A stretch of DNA of 35,474 nucleotides from contig JAHDCW010000003.1 in NCBI GenBank assembly GCA_020629675.1, positions 19,924-55,397 on the forward strand, read 5' to 3'. The translations under genes and the position numbers were made by a program. Of the stretch, positions 26,197-34,577 are shown one piece after another (within the stretch, counting starts at the first letter, position 1; the number at the start of each line of letters is the position of its first letter). The notes below the pieces were generated by a model, which saw nothing but the letters and a program-made list of their open reading frames with translations, was not told where the DNA came from and did not search any database. The DNA is from Minisyncoccota bacterium. Its GTDB lineage: Bacteria; Patescibacteriota; Minisyncoccia; Moranbacterales; GCA-2747515.

Positions 26197-26838
26197 ATGG
26201 AAAAAAAAGTTGGTTCAGTTTTATCATTGGCGTGGAATCTCTTTAAAAAAGAGTGGCAGTTTCTCATAGTGGCAATCATTTTGATGTTTTTGATTGGGGT
26301 CTATGACGGTTTCTTTGGTGTTACAGAGGAGCAGTATGCTACAGGTAATATCTTGACGACAATCTTTGCGCAGATTGTTTCTGTTATTTTCACAATTGGC
26401 TTTATTCGTGTTTTGGTGGATATTGTGAATGGTCAATCTGCAACTTACACACGCTTTTTTTCCGCGTTTTCTGATGTGAAAATGATTGTGTTTTATGTTG
26501 TGACCACAATTCTGATTGTTCTAATTACTCTATCCGGCTTTATTTTCTTTATTATCCCAGGGGTTATTGCTGCGATTCGCGCGTCGTTAGCACCTTATGT
26601 TTTAATTACGCAAAATGTTGGTCCTATTGACGCGGTTAAGAAAAGTTTTGCTATTACAAAGGGTAACTTCTGGTTCCTTTTTCGGGTTTATCTAACATGT
26701 GGGGCATTGTCTATCCTTGGTGTTATTGCTCTTGGTGTGGGTCTTCTTATAGCTATCCCAGTTACCGCGCTCATGTCAGCAATTGTATATGTATATCTCT
26801 ATGGCAACTACCAACGAACTCAGGAATCTCAAGTCTAA
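26197..26838 (+). CDS. integral membrane protein (DUF975-like)
   Basis: Multi-TM; FIIPGVI, DAVKKSFAITKGNFW, GLLIAIP patterns. Confidence 0.7.
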   Translation: MEKKVGSVLSLAWNLFKKEWQFLIVAIILMFLIGVYDGFFGVTEEQYATGNILTTIFAQIVSVIFTIGFIRVLVDIVNGQSATYTRFFSAFSDVKMIVFYVVTTILIVLITLSGFIFFIIPGVIAAIRASLAPYVLITQNVGPIDAVKKSFAITKGNFWFLFRVYLTCGALSILGVIALGVGLLIAIPVTALMSAIVYVYLYGNYQRTQESQV

Positions 26839-27838
26839 GGAGCAGGCGCTTCTTGATCTCAAGGAGGAAGATTTTAAGCGAATTACCATTTCGTTTTATA
26901 AGTACGTCAATATAACTGATCCGCAAGAGATGCGTGATCGGCTTTATGTCACACTACGTGATCTCGACTGTCTCGGGCGGATTTATGTTGCGCAGGAGGG
27001 TATAAATGCCCAGATGAACGTCCCTGAGCACAACTGGGAGGTATTTGATCAGGTAATTCAGGGAATTCCTGAGTTTAAGGGAATTCCGTACAAGGTTGCG
27101 CGCGAAGAGGGAGATCATGTCTCGTTTTGGAAACTGGCGATTAAGGTGAAAAAGAAAATTGTCGCTGATGGGATTGAGGATAAGAGTTTTGATCCGAGTA
27201 ATACAGGGAAGTATATGACGGCGCAGGAGGTAAATCATGCGATCGAAGACCCTGAAACGCTTGTTGTGGATATGCGCAATCGCTATGAAGCCGAAGTTGG
27301 TCATTTTGAAGGTGCGCACATTATGCAGGTGGATACGTTTCGCGAGCAGCTAGCAAGCGTCGAGAAGGAATTGGGTGAGCAGAAAGAGCGTAAGGTTCTT
27401 ATGTACTGCACGGGAGGTATTAGGTGTGAAAAAGCAAGTGCATGGTTTAAGTATAACGGATTCAATGATGTATCACATATAAAGGGTGGCATTATCGATT
27501 ATGATAAACAAGTTAAAGAGCAAGGTCTTGAGAATAAGTTTAAAGGAAAAAATTTCGTATTTGACGCTCGCATGGCTGAGAAGATTTCAGATGATATTGT
27601 AGCAACATGTCATGTGTGTGATAGTGTGCCAGCTGACACGTACTATAATTGTAAGTATCTGGGTTGCCATGTGTTATTTATTGCATGCGATGGTTGTCAT
27701 GAGACGTATGATGGGTATTGTTGCCGTCGGTGCCAATTAATGGACAAGTTGCCACAAGGTATTCGCAAGCCTTTTATACGCTGGAAAAATGCGTGGCGAC
27801 GTACATATCGCCCGGCCTACAAAAAAAGTCGGGTCTAA
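26801..27838 (+). CDS. trhO: tRNA U34 hydroxylase TrhO (YceA, rhodanese family)
   Basis: TISFYKY, GRIYVAQEGINAQ, DMRNRYE..GHF, YCTGGIRCEKAS, KGGII, FVFD, Cys-rich C-terminus. Confidence 0.9.
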   Translation: MATTNELRNLKSKEQALLDLKEEDFKRITISFYKYVNITDPQEMRDRLYVTLRDLDCLGRIYVAQEGINAQMNVPEHNWEVFDQVIQGIPEFKGIPYKVAREEGDHVSFWKLAIKVKKKIVADGIEDKSFDPSNTGKYMTAQEVNHAIEDPETLVVDMRNRYEAEVGHFEGAHIMQVDTFREQLASVEKELGEQKERKVLMYCTGGIRCEKASAWFKYNGFNDVSHIKGGIIDYDKQVKEQGLENKFKGKNFVFDARMAEKISDDIVATCHVCDSVPADTYYNCKYLGCHVLFIACDGCHETYDGYCCRRCQLMDKLPQGIRKPFIRWKNAWRRTYRPAYKKSRV

Positions 27839-27843
27839 GAAAG

Positions 27844-28470
27844 ATGAAGAGGCTTCAAAAATATTTTTTTCATAGCGTTATCATTGCAGCTCTTGTGCTC
27901 ATGAGTATCAATGTTTTTGTGGTGTGGGTGGTCCGTGGGACAACTACAGATCAGGTGGATAATCTGCCACAAAACACTGCAGGTCTCGTGCTGGGTACGA
28001 GTAAATATTCACAAGGTCGAATTAATCTTTACTATAAATATCGGATTGATGCAGCTGAGGAGCTGTACAAGAGTGGGAAGGTGAAAAAGTTGATTGTTTC
28101 CGGTGATAATCGAGCTGTAAACTACAATGAACCCCTCAAGATGGAAAACGACTTGATCGCCCGTGGTATACCAGAAGAGGACATTCAGCCAGATTACGCA
28201 GGGTTCCGCACATTAGATTCTGTAGTGCGTGCTAAGGAGGTCTTTGGACAAGAGCGTGTCACAGTAATTTCACAGGAGTTTCATAATCATCGTGCAATTT
28301 TTATCGCCAAAAGTAGAGGTGTTGATGCTGTAGGGTACAATGCACGTGATCCGTTTCCATCATGGCTTTCGCAGACGCACATTCGCGAAATCTTTGCGCG
28401 AGTAAAGCTTGTTTGGGATATCACGACAGGTAAGGACGCGACTGTGTTAGGTGATGAAATCAATCTTTAG
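27844..28470 (+). CDS. sanA: SanA-like protein (ElyC/SanA/DUF218 family)
   Basis: N-terminal TM, LVLGTSKY, SGDN, DYAGFRTLDSVVRAKEVFG, SQEFHNHRA, RE..AR. Confidence 0.85.
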   Translation: MKRLQKYFFHSVIIAALVLMSINVFVVWVVRGTTTDQVDNLPQNTAGLVLGTSKYSQGRINLYYKYRIDAAEELYKSGKVKKLIVSGDNRAVNYNEPLKMENDLIARGIPEEDIQPDYAGFRTLDSVVRAKEVFGQERVTVISQEFHNHRAIFIAKSRGVDAVGYNARDPFPSWLSQTHIREIFARVKLVWDITTGKDATVLGDEINL

Positions 28471-28509
28471 CATTGGGGTAGGTGTGAAGTGATGGTATAA
28501 TATCCATAC

Positions 28510-29691
28510 ATGGAAAATACAGATCGACACCTCGATGATACAACTCGAAAACTACGCCTCATTACATTTTTGGGGTTTCTTTTTGGTTTCTCGGTTGCGC
28601 TTGTGTCATACATAGGCTCTTCTTATTATGCGCTTGCGCTGGGAGGGACGACGTACGTGGGCCTTCTGTATATTATTAGTTTTTCACTTCTTTTAGTCAC
28701 GCTTCTCAATATGCACAAGGCATTAATGCGCTGGGGGCGAGGACGATCTTTGATGATGCTTCTTGTGGCGCAGGTGGGGTTGCTTTTACTGCTTGTGCTT
28801 TTGCCAGTTTCTTATTTCACAGCAGCAATTCTGGCGCTTTATTATATTATTTATGGTGTTATTTGGGTACTGTGGGATGCGGTGCTAGAGGCTTACTCGA
28901 CAGATGAAACGACAGGGCGTGTGCGAGGTATGTTTTTGGCTGTGTGGGGGATTGGTGCGATTATCGGTCCGGCTATTTCACTCTACGTTGTGGATAATTA
29001 CGGTTTTAGTATGATTTTTACAATCGTCATGGTGCTGTATGTTTTGATGGCAAGTGGGACAATGATTGCTCTCAGGGATATACGTGGTCATGTACAGCGG
29101 CGACGAATGCGTATTGCTGATAAGGTAAAGGAGTTGATTGCGCAGCCAGCTTTGCGCTACGCATACTGGATTGCGACGACACTTGGCTTCTTTTACGCGA
29201 CGATGGTTGTTTTTATGCCGCTTAAGCTTACCGAAATAGGATTTAGTTTTTCGGAGATGGGTGTTTTATTTACGATTATGTTGATTCCTTTTATGCTTAC
29301 AGGTTATCCAGCGGGGTTGATCGCTGATCGTTGGCTCGGGGAAAAGGAACTTTTTTTCGTAGGAATGCTTATCTTGATTGGTTCAGTTGTTGTAGCTGCT
29401 CTTGTGGATCAGAAAGATTTTGCGCTATGGGCGACAATTCTTTTCTTTTCACGCTTTGGAGGGGCGTTGATCGAGGCGATGCGTGATAGTTATTTCTATA
29501 AGCATATCGATGGAGAAGATGTGGCGATGATTAATCTCTTTCGCACGTCGCGTTCTGTTGCTTATGTATTGGCTATGCTTGTGGCGACGGCAATTCAAGT
29601 TGTCGCTGGGATGAATGCTGTATTTATTACGATGATTTTCGTCCTTTTGTCAGGCTTATATCCGATCGCGCGACTTAAAGACACAAAATAA
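28510..29691 (+). CDS. MFS transporter
   Basis: About 12 hydrophobic segments; GRVRG, IIGP, AGLIADRWLGEK motifs; TGGTATAAT at 28493-28501. Confidence 0.82.
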   Translation: MENTDRHLDDTTRKLRLITFLGFLFGFSVALVSYIGSSYYALALGGTTYVGLLYIISFSLLLVTLLNMHKALMRWGRGRSLMMLLVAQVGLLLLLVLLPVSYFTAAILALYYIIYGVIWVLWDAVLEAYSTDETTGRVRGMFLAVWGIGAIIGPAISLYVVDNYGFSMIFTIVMVLYVLMASGTMIALRDIRGHVQRRRMRIADKVKELIAQPALRYAYWIATTLGFFYATMVVFMPLKLTEIGFSFSEMGVLFTIMLIPFMLTGYPAGLIADRWLGEKELFFVGMLILIGSVVVAALVDQKDFALWATILFFSRFGGALIEAMRDSYFYKHIDGEDVAMINLFRTSRSVAYVLAMLVATAIQVVAGMNAVFITMIFVLLSGLYPIARLKDTK

Positions 29692-29713
29692 ACCTCATGT
29701 TATAATGAGCGCC

Positions 29714-30421
29714 ATGGATTATAAGGTAGAGACAGAATATTTCCAGGGTCCATTGGATCTGCTGCTGACGCTTATCGAAGAGCGTAAGTTAGAGGTTACG
29801 CAGGTATCACTTGCGGAAATTACGGATGCGTACGTCGCGCATATTCAGAGCTCGCAGATGATTTCACTGGCGCATATGGCAGATTTTCTAGCTGTTGCAG
29901 CTAAGCTTATTTTGATTAAATCACGAGCGTTATTGCCTCTGTTGCAATTGGAAGAAGATGAAGAAGAAGATCTGTTTGAGTTGGAGCGTCAACTTGCAGC
30001 ACTTAAGGTGATCAAGGATATTATACCTGAATTTATGGAGGCTTTTGTGGCGCCGCGACCGCAGTATGCGCGTATTGGCATGTGGGGTGTAGAGCCAAGC
30101 TTCTTGCCGGATCAGAGTGTAACAGGCGAAAGGTTACAGGTGGCATTTCGCGCTTCTGTGGAGGCTATTCCCGAGTTAGATCCTATTGAGGAAAAGATTA
30201 TTGCTGACATTGTCTCGCTTGAGCAGAAGATTATACATGTACAAACGATGGTCAGAGATCGCGCTGAAATTGCATTCTCTAAAATGGTTTCAGAAAAAGC
30301 GCCCCCGCAAGAAGTTGTAGTTTCATTTTTAGCCCTTTTAGAACTCGTAAAGCAAAAAATTATTACCGTCGCACAGTATGAGATCGGCGAAGAAATAATG
30401 TGTAAAAAAATAGCATCATGA
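29714..30421 (+). CDS. scpA: segregation/condensation protein A
   Basis: FQGPLDLLL, IKSRALLP, FLALLELVK; start set at 29714 because ATG 29705 overlaps the TGTTATAAT promoter. Confidence 0.92.
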   Translation: MDYKVETEYFQGPLDLLLTLIEERKLEVTQVSLAEITDAYVAHIQSSQMISLAHMADFLAVAAKLILIKSRALLPLLQLEEDEEEDLFELERQLAALKVIKDIIPEFMEAFVAPRPQYARIGMWGVEPSFLPDQSVTGERLQVAFRASVEAIPELDPIEEKIIADIVSLEQKIIHVQTMVRDRAEIAFSKMVSEKAPPQEVVVSFLALLELVKQKIITVAQYEIGEEIMCKKIAS

Positions 30422-31029
30422 CACATACAGATCAAGACACCAGGGATCACAATCAAAACATGCTTCTTGAAGCAGTTCTTTTTATGCATGGTGCGCCGAT
30501 TACACTAGCGCGACTTGAAGAGATTATGACATGCTCCCGACAGGATGTGGAAGACGAAGTGGAAAAGCTTAAACTGTCGTATGAAGAGCGACAGGCGGGA
30601 CTGCGCGTATTGGTCGTCAATGGTTCAGTGCAGATCGTGACACATCCTGATGCTGCAGAGGTTATCGAGAAGTTTAAGAGGCGAGATCTGGAGGGTCAGC
30701 TGTCACAAGCAGCTCTTGAAGTGCTTGCGATCATCGCATATCGTGGGCCGCTCTCAAAGCCAGACATCGAAGCTGTGCGAGGGGTTAACTGCTCTTTTAC
30801 GCTTCGCAATTTACTACTTCGTGGTTTGATCGAGCGGATTCCTCATCCTACAGACCAGAGACTCAAACTTTATACGCCTACGATGGATATGGTGCGTTCT
30901 TTGGGGTACAGTTCTCTGGAAGAGCTGCCGGCGTATGAAGAATTGGTATCTGACAAACGTATAGACGCAGTTCTTTATGGTGGTGCGGATGATGATCGTG
31001 AAAATGACGATGACATAAAAAAGGGATGA
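30418..31029 (+). CDS. scpB: SMC-Scp complex subunit ScpB
   Basis: LEAVLF, LSQAALEVLAIIAYRGP, IEAVRGVN, LEELP. Confidence 0.93.
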   Translation: MTHTDQDTRDHNQNMLLEAVLFMHGAPITLARLEEIMTCSRQDVEDEVEKLKLSYEERQAGLRVLVVNGSVQIVTHPDAAEVIEKFKRRDLEGQLSQAALEVLAIIAYRGPLSKPDIEAVRGVNCSFTLRNLLLRGLIERIPHPTDQRLKLYTPTMDMVRSLGYSSLEELPAYEELVSDKRIDAVLYGGADDDRENDDDIKKG

Positions 31030-32048
31030 AAGTTATGTTAGTTACCAAGCAAGATCTTTACATTGTCCTGCCAGGTGTGCTCGTTATGATGACACTTTTT
31101 TTGGTTTTTTATGGACTTGGTATTAAGGATTTTCGTGACGTCCATAGTGCTCGTGTGGTTGCGACGCTGAGCGATCCCCAAGAGCAACAACTGCCTGTGC
31201 CACGGGTATTGCCGCAATCAGCACAGGAGGCACATCCTTTCCAGACAGGTCCTTTTAGTAGTGTAGTAGTCCTCGATCTTGCTTCTGGTGAGGTGATGCT
31301 TGCGCATAATCCATACCGTCATCGTGCAGTAGCTTCCGTGACAAAGCTATTGGCGAGCATGGTCGTAGTAGACCAGGTGCGTGATGTAAAGGGTTATATT
31401 TCCGTGCCGCCGAGAGCGCTCTCCGTAGAAGGATCACGTGTCGGGTGTAAAAATTCATTTTCATGCGAAGGTGTGCGGCTGCAGCCAGGTGAGCGCATCT
31501 CTGTCTATGATTTACTCCAAGCTACGCTCATCAGTAGCGCCAATGATGCAGTGACAGCGCTTGCGGTCCATATCGCAGGATCGGAGGCGTCATTTGCGAC
31601 ACTGATGAATACACGTGCACGAGAATTGGGGATGACAAGCTCGTTTCACTGTCGTCCGTCGGGGCTGCCGATGCAGCTTGTGGAGCGGGAAGAAAGGTGT
31701 TACTCTACAGCATATGATATGGCTCATATTTTACGACATATCTATACAGATGATAAATATGAGGTGCTCCGTCCTATTTTAGAGAAACAACAAGCGACGA
31801 TTGCGTCGCAGGACGGTGCTTTTAAACATCAACTCACCACCACCAATCAAGCACTAGGTGCCGATAATACCTACATTGTCGGTGGTAAAACGGGCTATAC
31901 GCAGCGCGCTGGACCATCTTTGGCGGTGCTTGCAAGTGATCAAAAAAAAGAGCATCCGATCATCGTAGCAGTGTTTAACGATGAGCAGCGATTTGCGCGC
32001 GTGGGCTCGATCGCAGCGTGGGTTTATGAAAATTTTAGGTGGTTATAA
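31026..32048 (+). CDS. D-alanyl-D-alanine carboxypeptidase (peptidase S11)
   Basis: N-terminal TM; SVTK (SxxK), SANDA (SxN), GGKTGYT (KTG). Confidence 0.88.
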   Translation: MKVMLVTKQDLYIVLPGVLVMMTLFLVFYGLGIKDFRDVHSARVVATLSDPQEQQLPVPRVLPQSAQEAHPFQTGPFSSVVVLDLASGEVMLAHNPYRHRAVASVTKLLASMVVVDQVRDVKGYISVPPRALSVEGSRVGCKNSFSCEGVRLQPGERISVYDLLQATLISSANDAVTALAVHIAGSEASFATLMNTRARELGMTSSFHCRPSGLPMQLVEREERCYSTAYDMAHILRHIYTDDKYEVLRPILEKQQATIASQDGAFKHQLTTTNQALGADNTYIVGGKTGYTQRAGPSLAVLASDQKKEHPIIVAVFNDEQRFARVGSIAAWVYENFRWL

Positions 32049-32066
32049 TTTTTTAGTTAGAGAAGT

Positions 32067-33167
32067 ATGGAATTCGCAGCAATTTCTACAATTCCGGAAA
32101 TTACAAATGTGGTTAAAGTTTTAGTGACAGGGCTATTGTCTTTTTTAGTTGCATTTGCATTTACACCCCTGTGGACTAACTTATTATATAAGCATAAAAT
32201 CGGCATCAAGATTAAAAAAAGCAGTGTTGATGGTGACAAATTAAAATATTACACACATTTTCACGCAGATAAGTCAGGGACGCCGACGATGGGTGGAGTG
32301 ATTGTGTGGGTGAGTGTGCTTGTGTTGATTTTTGGCTCGCAGTTTATCTTTCCGTTGTTTGCCTTCTTGTTTGATTCTGCATTTATCCAGCGACTCGACT
32401 TTTTGTCCCGTTCGCAGACATGGCTGCCGCTTTTTGCGCTAGTAGCAGCGGGTGTGCTCGGTGTATTTGATGACATCATGAGCGTCAAAGGTTGGGGTAG
32501 TAACAAGGGTGGCGGCATGCGCTTTGCAATGCGCTTTTGGTGGCTCCTAGTAATCGCGGCACTGGGAGCATGGTGGTTTTATGTAAAACTTGGCTGGGAT
32601 CAGATCCATGTGCCGGGCATGGGAGATTATTCAATTGGATTGTGGTACATCCCACTTTTTATATTTGTTATTTTATTTACGACGATTTCCTCCAATCAGA
32701 CAGACGGCCTCGATGGGCTAAATGCTGGAGTGTTGCTGACGGCATTTGGTTCGTTTGCGCTTATTGCTTTTTTTCAAAACAAGGTTGATCTCGCAGCTTT
32801 TTGTGCGGCGATATCAGGAGCGCTCTTGGCCTTCTTGTGGTTTAACATTTACCCAGCGCGATTTTTTATGGGGGATACGGGTGCGGTCAGTCTCGGAGCC
32901 ACGCTGGGAGTGGTGGCTCTGCTGACAGATTCGGTGATCGTTCTCTTTATTATTGTTTTTATTTACGTGCTAGAATTTGCGACGACATTTATACAGCTTT
33001 TTTCCAAAAAAGTATTTGGAAAAAAAGTTTTTCTCGCAGCGCCAATCCATCATCATTTCCAAGCACTAGGTTGGCCAGAACCAAAAATTGTGATGCGCGC
33101 ATGGGTCTTTACGGCGCTGACTGCAGGGTTTGGTTTGGTTATCGGAATTTTAGGGATGGGTAACTAG
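32067..33167 (+). CDS. mraY: phospho-N-acetylmuramoyl-pentapeptide transferase
   Basis: KSGTPTMGG, DD, NQTDGLDGL, FMGDTG, APIHHHF...GWPE. Confidence 0.96.
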   Translation: MEFAAISTIPEITNVVKVLVTGLLSFLVAFAFTPLWTNLLYKHKIGIKIKKSSVDGDKLKYYTHFHADKSGTPTMGGVIVWVSVLVLIFGSQFIFPLFAFLFDSAFIQRLDFLSRSQTWLPLFALVAAGVLGVFDDIMSVKGWGSNKGGGMRFAMRFWWLLVIAALGAWWFYVKLGWDQIHVPGMGDYSIGLWYIPLFIFVILFTTISSNQTDGLDGLNAGVLLTAFGSFALIAFFQNKVDLAAFCAAISGALLAFLWFNIYPARFFMGDTGAVSLGATLGVVALLTDSVIVLFIIVFIYVLEFATTFIQLFSKKVFGKKVFLAAPIHHHFQALGWPEPKIVMRAWVFTALTAGFGLVIGILGMGN

Positions 33168-33200
33168 CGTGATACAATAAGGAGGAAATAATAGTATCAT

Positions 33201-34232
33201 ATGCGTAGTATTAAAGATGTTGATTTTACTGGTCAACGTGTTTTGATTAGAACAGATTTTAATGTTGAGGTTAAAGACGGTGTGCCACAAGATTTTTATA
33301 AGATAGAGGCTGCATACGACACAATTCGTTATGTTTTGTCTTTTGTGGGAGCAAAGGTGGCGCTTCTTTCGCACCGTGGTCGCCCAGGAGGCGCTAAAGA
33401 TCCAGCGTTTACGATGTCCGTCCTTGCAGATGACTTGGCACAACTATTTGGCGAGAGAGTTTGTTTTATCTGTGAATCGCATGGTGTGTGTGTACAAAGC
33501 GCATTAGATGATGATCGTGCTCGTATTTTACTCCTTGAGAATAGTCGATTTGAAGAAGGGGAGGAGCAAAATGATCGTAATCTCGCTAAAAAGATCGCAG
33601 CGCCCTTTGACCTCTATATCAACGAAGCTTTTGCGGTATCGCATAGGGCGCATGCCTCAGTAGAAGCGATCACCTCATTTTTAGATGCATATAGAGGGCT
33701 ATGGCTAAGCAAAGAAATAGAGATGTTGACACGCGTCAAGGAAAATCTCGATCAGCCATCAGTTGCAATTGTGGGCGGGTCAAAAATAGAGACTAAATTG
33801 CCTCTTATTACACTTTTTTCTGAAATCTATGATAACGTCCTTGTTGGTGGTCGCACGGCAGTGGAGGCGCAGGAGCAAAGCAGGGCTTTCCCTGATAATG
33901 TGATTTTACCAGTAGATTATACAGGGGGTACGCGTGACATCGGGCCAGAGACAGTGATGACATTTGTGGATCATATCAAAAAAGCGAAAACAATAGTCTG
34001 GAATGGTCCAGTGGGAAAGTTTGAGGAGCATCCCTATGATCATGGTACACTTGCGATCGCAGAAGCGATTGCAGCTAATAAAAACTGTTTTAGTGTCGTC
34101 GGTGGCGGAGAGAGTGTGCAGGCGCTTGGTGATGCAGGTGTTTTTGGTGATGTTAGCTTTGTTTCCACCGGCGGTGGTGCGATGCTTTCATTTCTTCTCA
34201 GTGAGCAAATGCCAGGCTTGGACGTAATTTGA
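33201..34232 (+). CDS. pgk: phosphoglycerate kinase (shortened)
   Basis: RTDFNV, SHRGRP, HRAHAS, GGSK, WNGPVG.FE, GGGES, VSTGGGA. Confidence 0.93.
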   Translation: MRSIKDVDFTGQRVLIRTDFNVEVKDGVPQDFYKIEAAYDTIRYVLSFVGAKVALLSHRGRPGGAKDPAFTMSVLADDLAQLFGERVCFICESHGVCVQSALDDDRARILLLENSRFEEGEEQNDRNLAKKIAAPFDLYINEAFAVSHRAHASVEAITSFLDAYRGLWLSKEIEMLTRVKENLDQPSVAIVGGSKIETKLPLITLFSEIYDNVLVGGRTAVEAQEQSRAFPDNVILPVDYTGGTRDIGPETVMTFVDHIKKAKTIVWNGPVGKFEEHPYDHGTLAIAEAIAANKNCFSVVGGGESVQALGDAGVFGDVSFVSTGGGAMLSFLLSEQMPGLDVI

Positions 34233-34286
34233 TTTTCGCTTATTATTTGATATAATAATGTAACACTTAATGAGACAAAAAGAGAA

Positions 34287-34571
34287 ATGGCAAAATACAT
34301 ACTCGAATACGAAGTTAAAGAAGATGAGCGTAAGCGACGTTTTGCACGCAAAGAAGATATGCGCGTTCTTGACTTATTCTCACATGAAGCGATTGATCTT
34401 ACAGCATTACCTGAAGAGGAACAAAAAGCCATCAGTGAGTATATTGATGACTTTATTGATCCGGAATGGTCCAACTTCCGCATAATAGAGATTGGTACAC
34501 ACCAACTCCTTCTAGATACAGAACCTGATGATATGGTAAAAAAGAAATACCGCGGACCAAATGATTTCTAA
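34287..34571 (+). CDS. hypothetical protein
   Basis: 94-aa charged ORF; TGATATAAT at 34248-34256. Confidence 0.65.
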   Translation: MAKYILEYEVKEDERKRRFARKEDMRVLDLFSHEAIDLTALPEEEQKAISEYIDDFIDPEWSNFRIIEIGTHQLLLDTEPDDMVKKKYRGPNDF

Positions 34572-34577
34572 AAAGAC

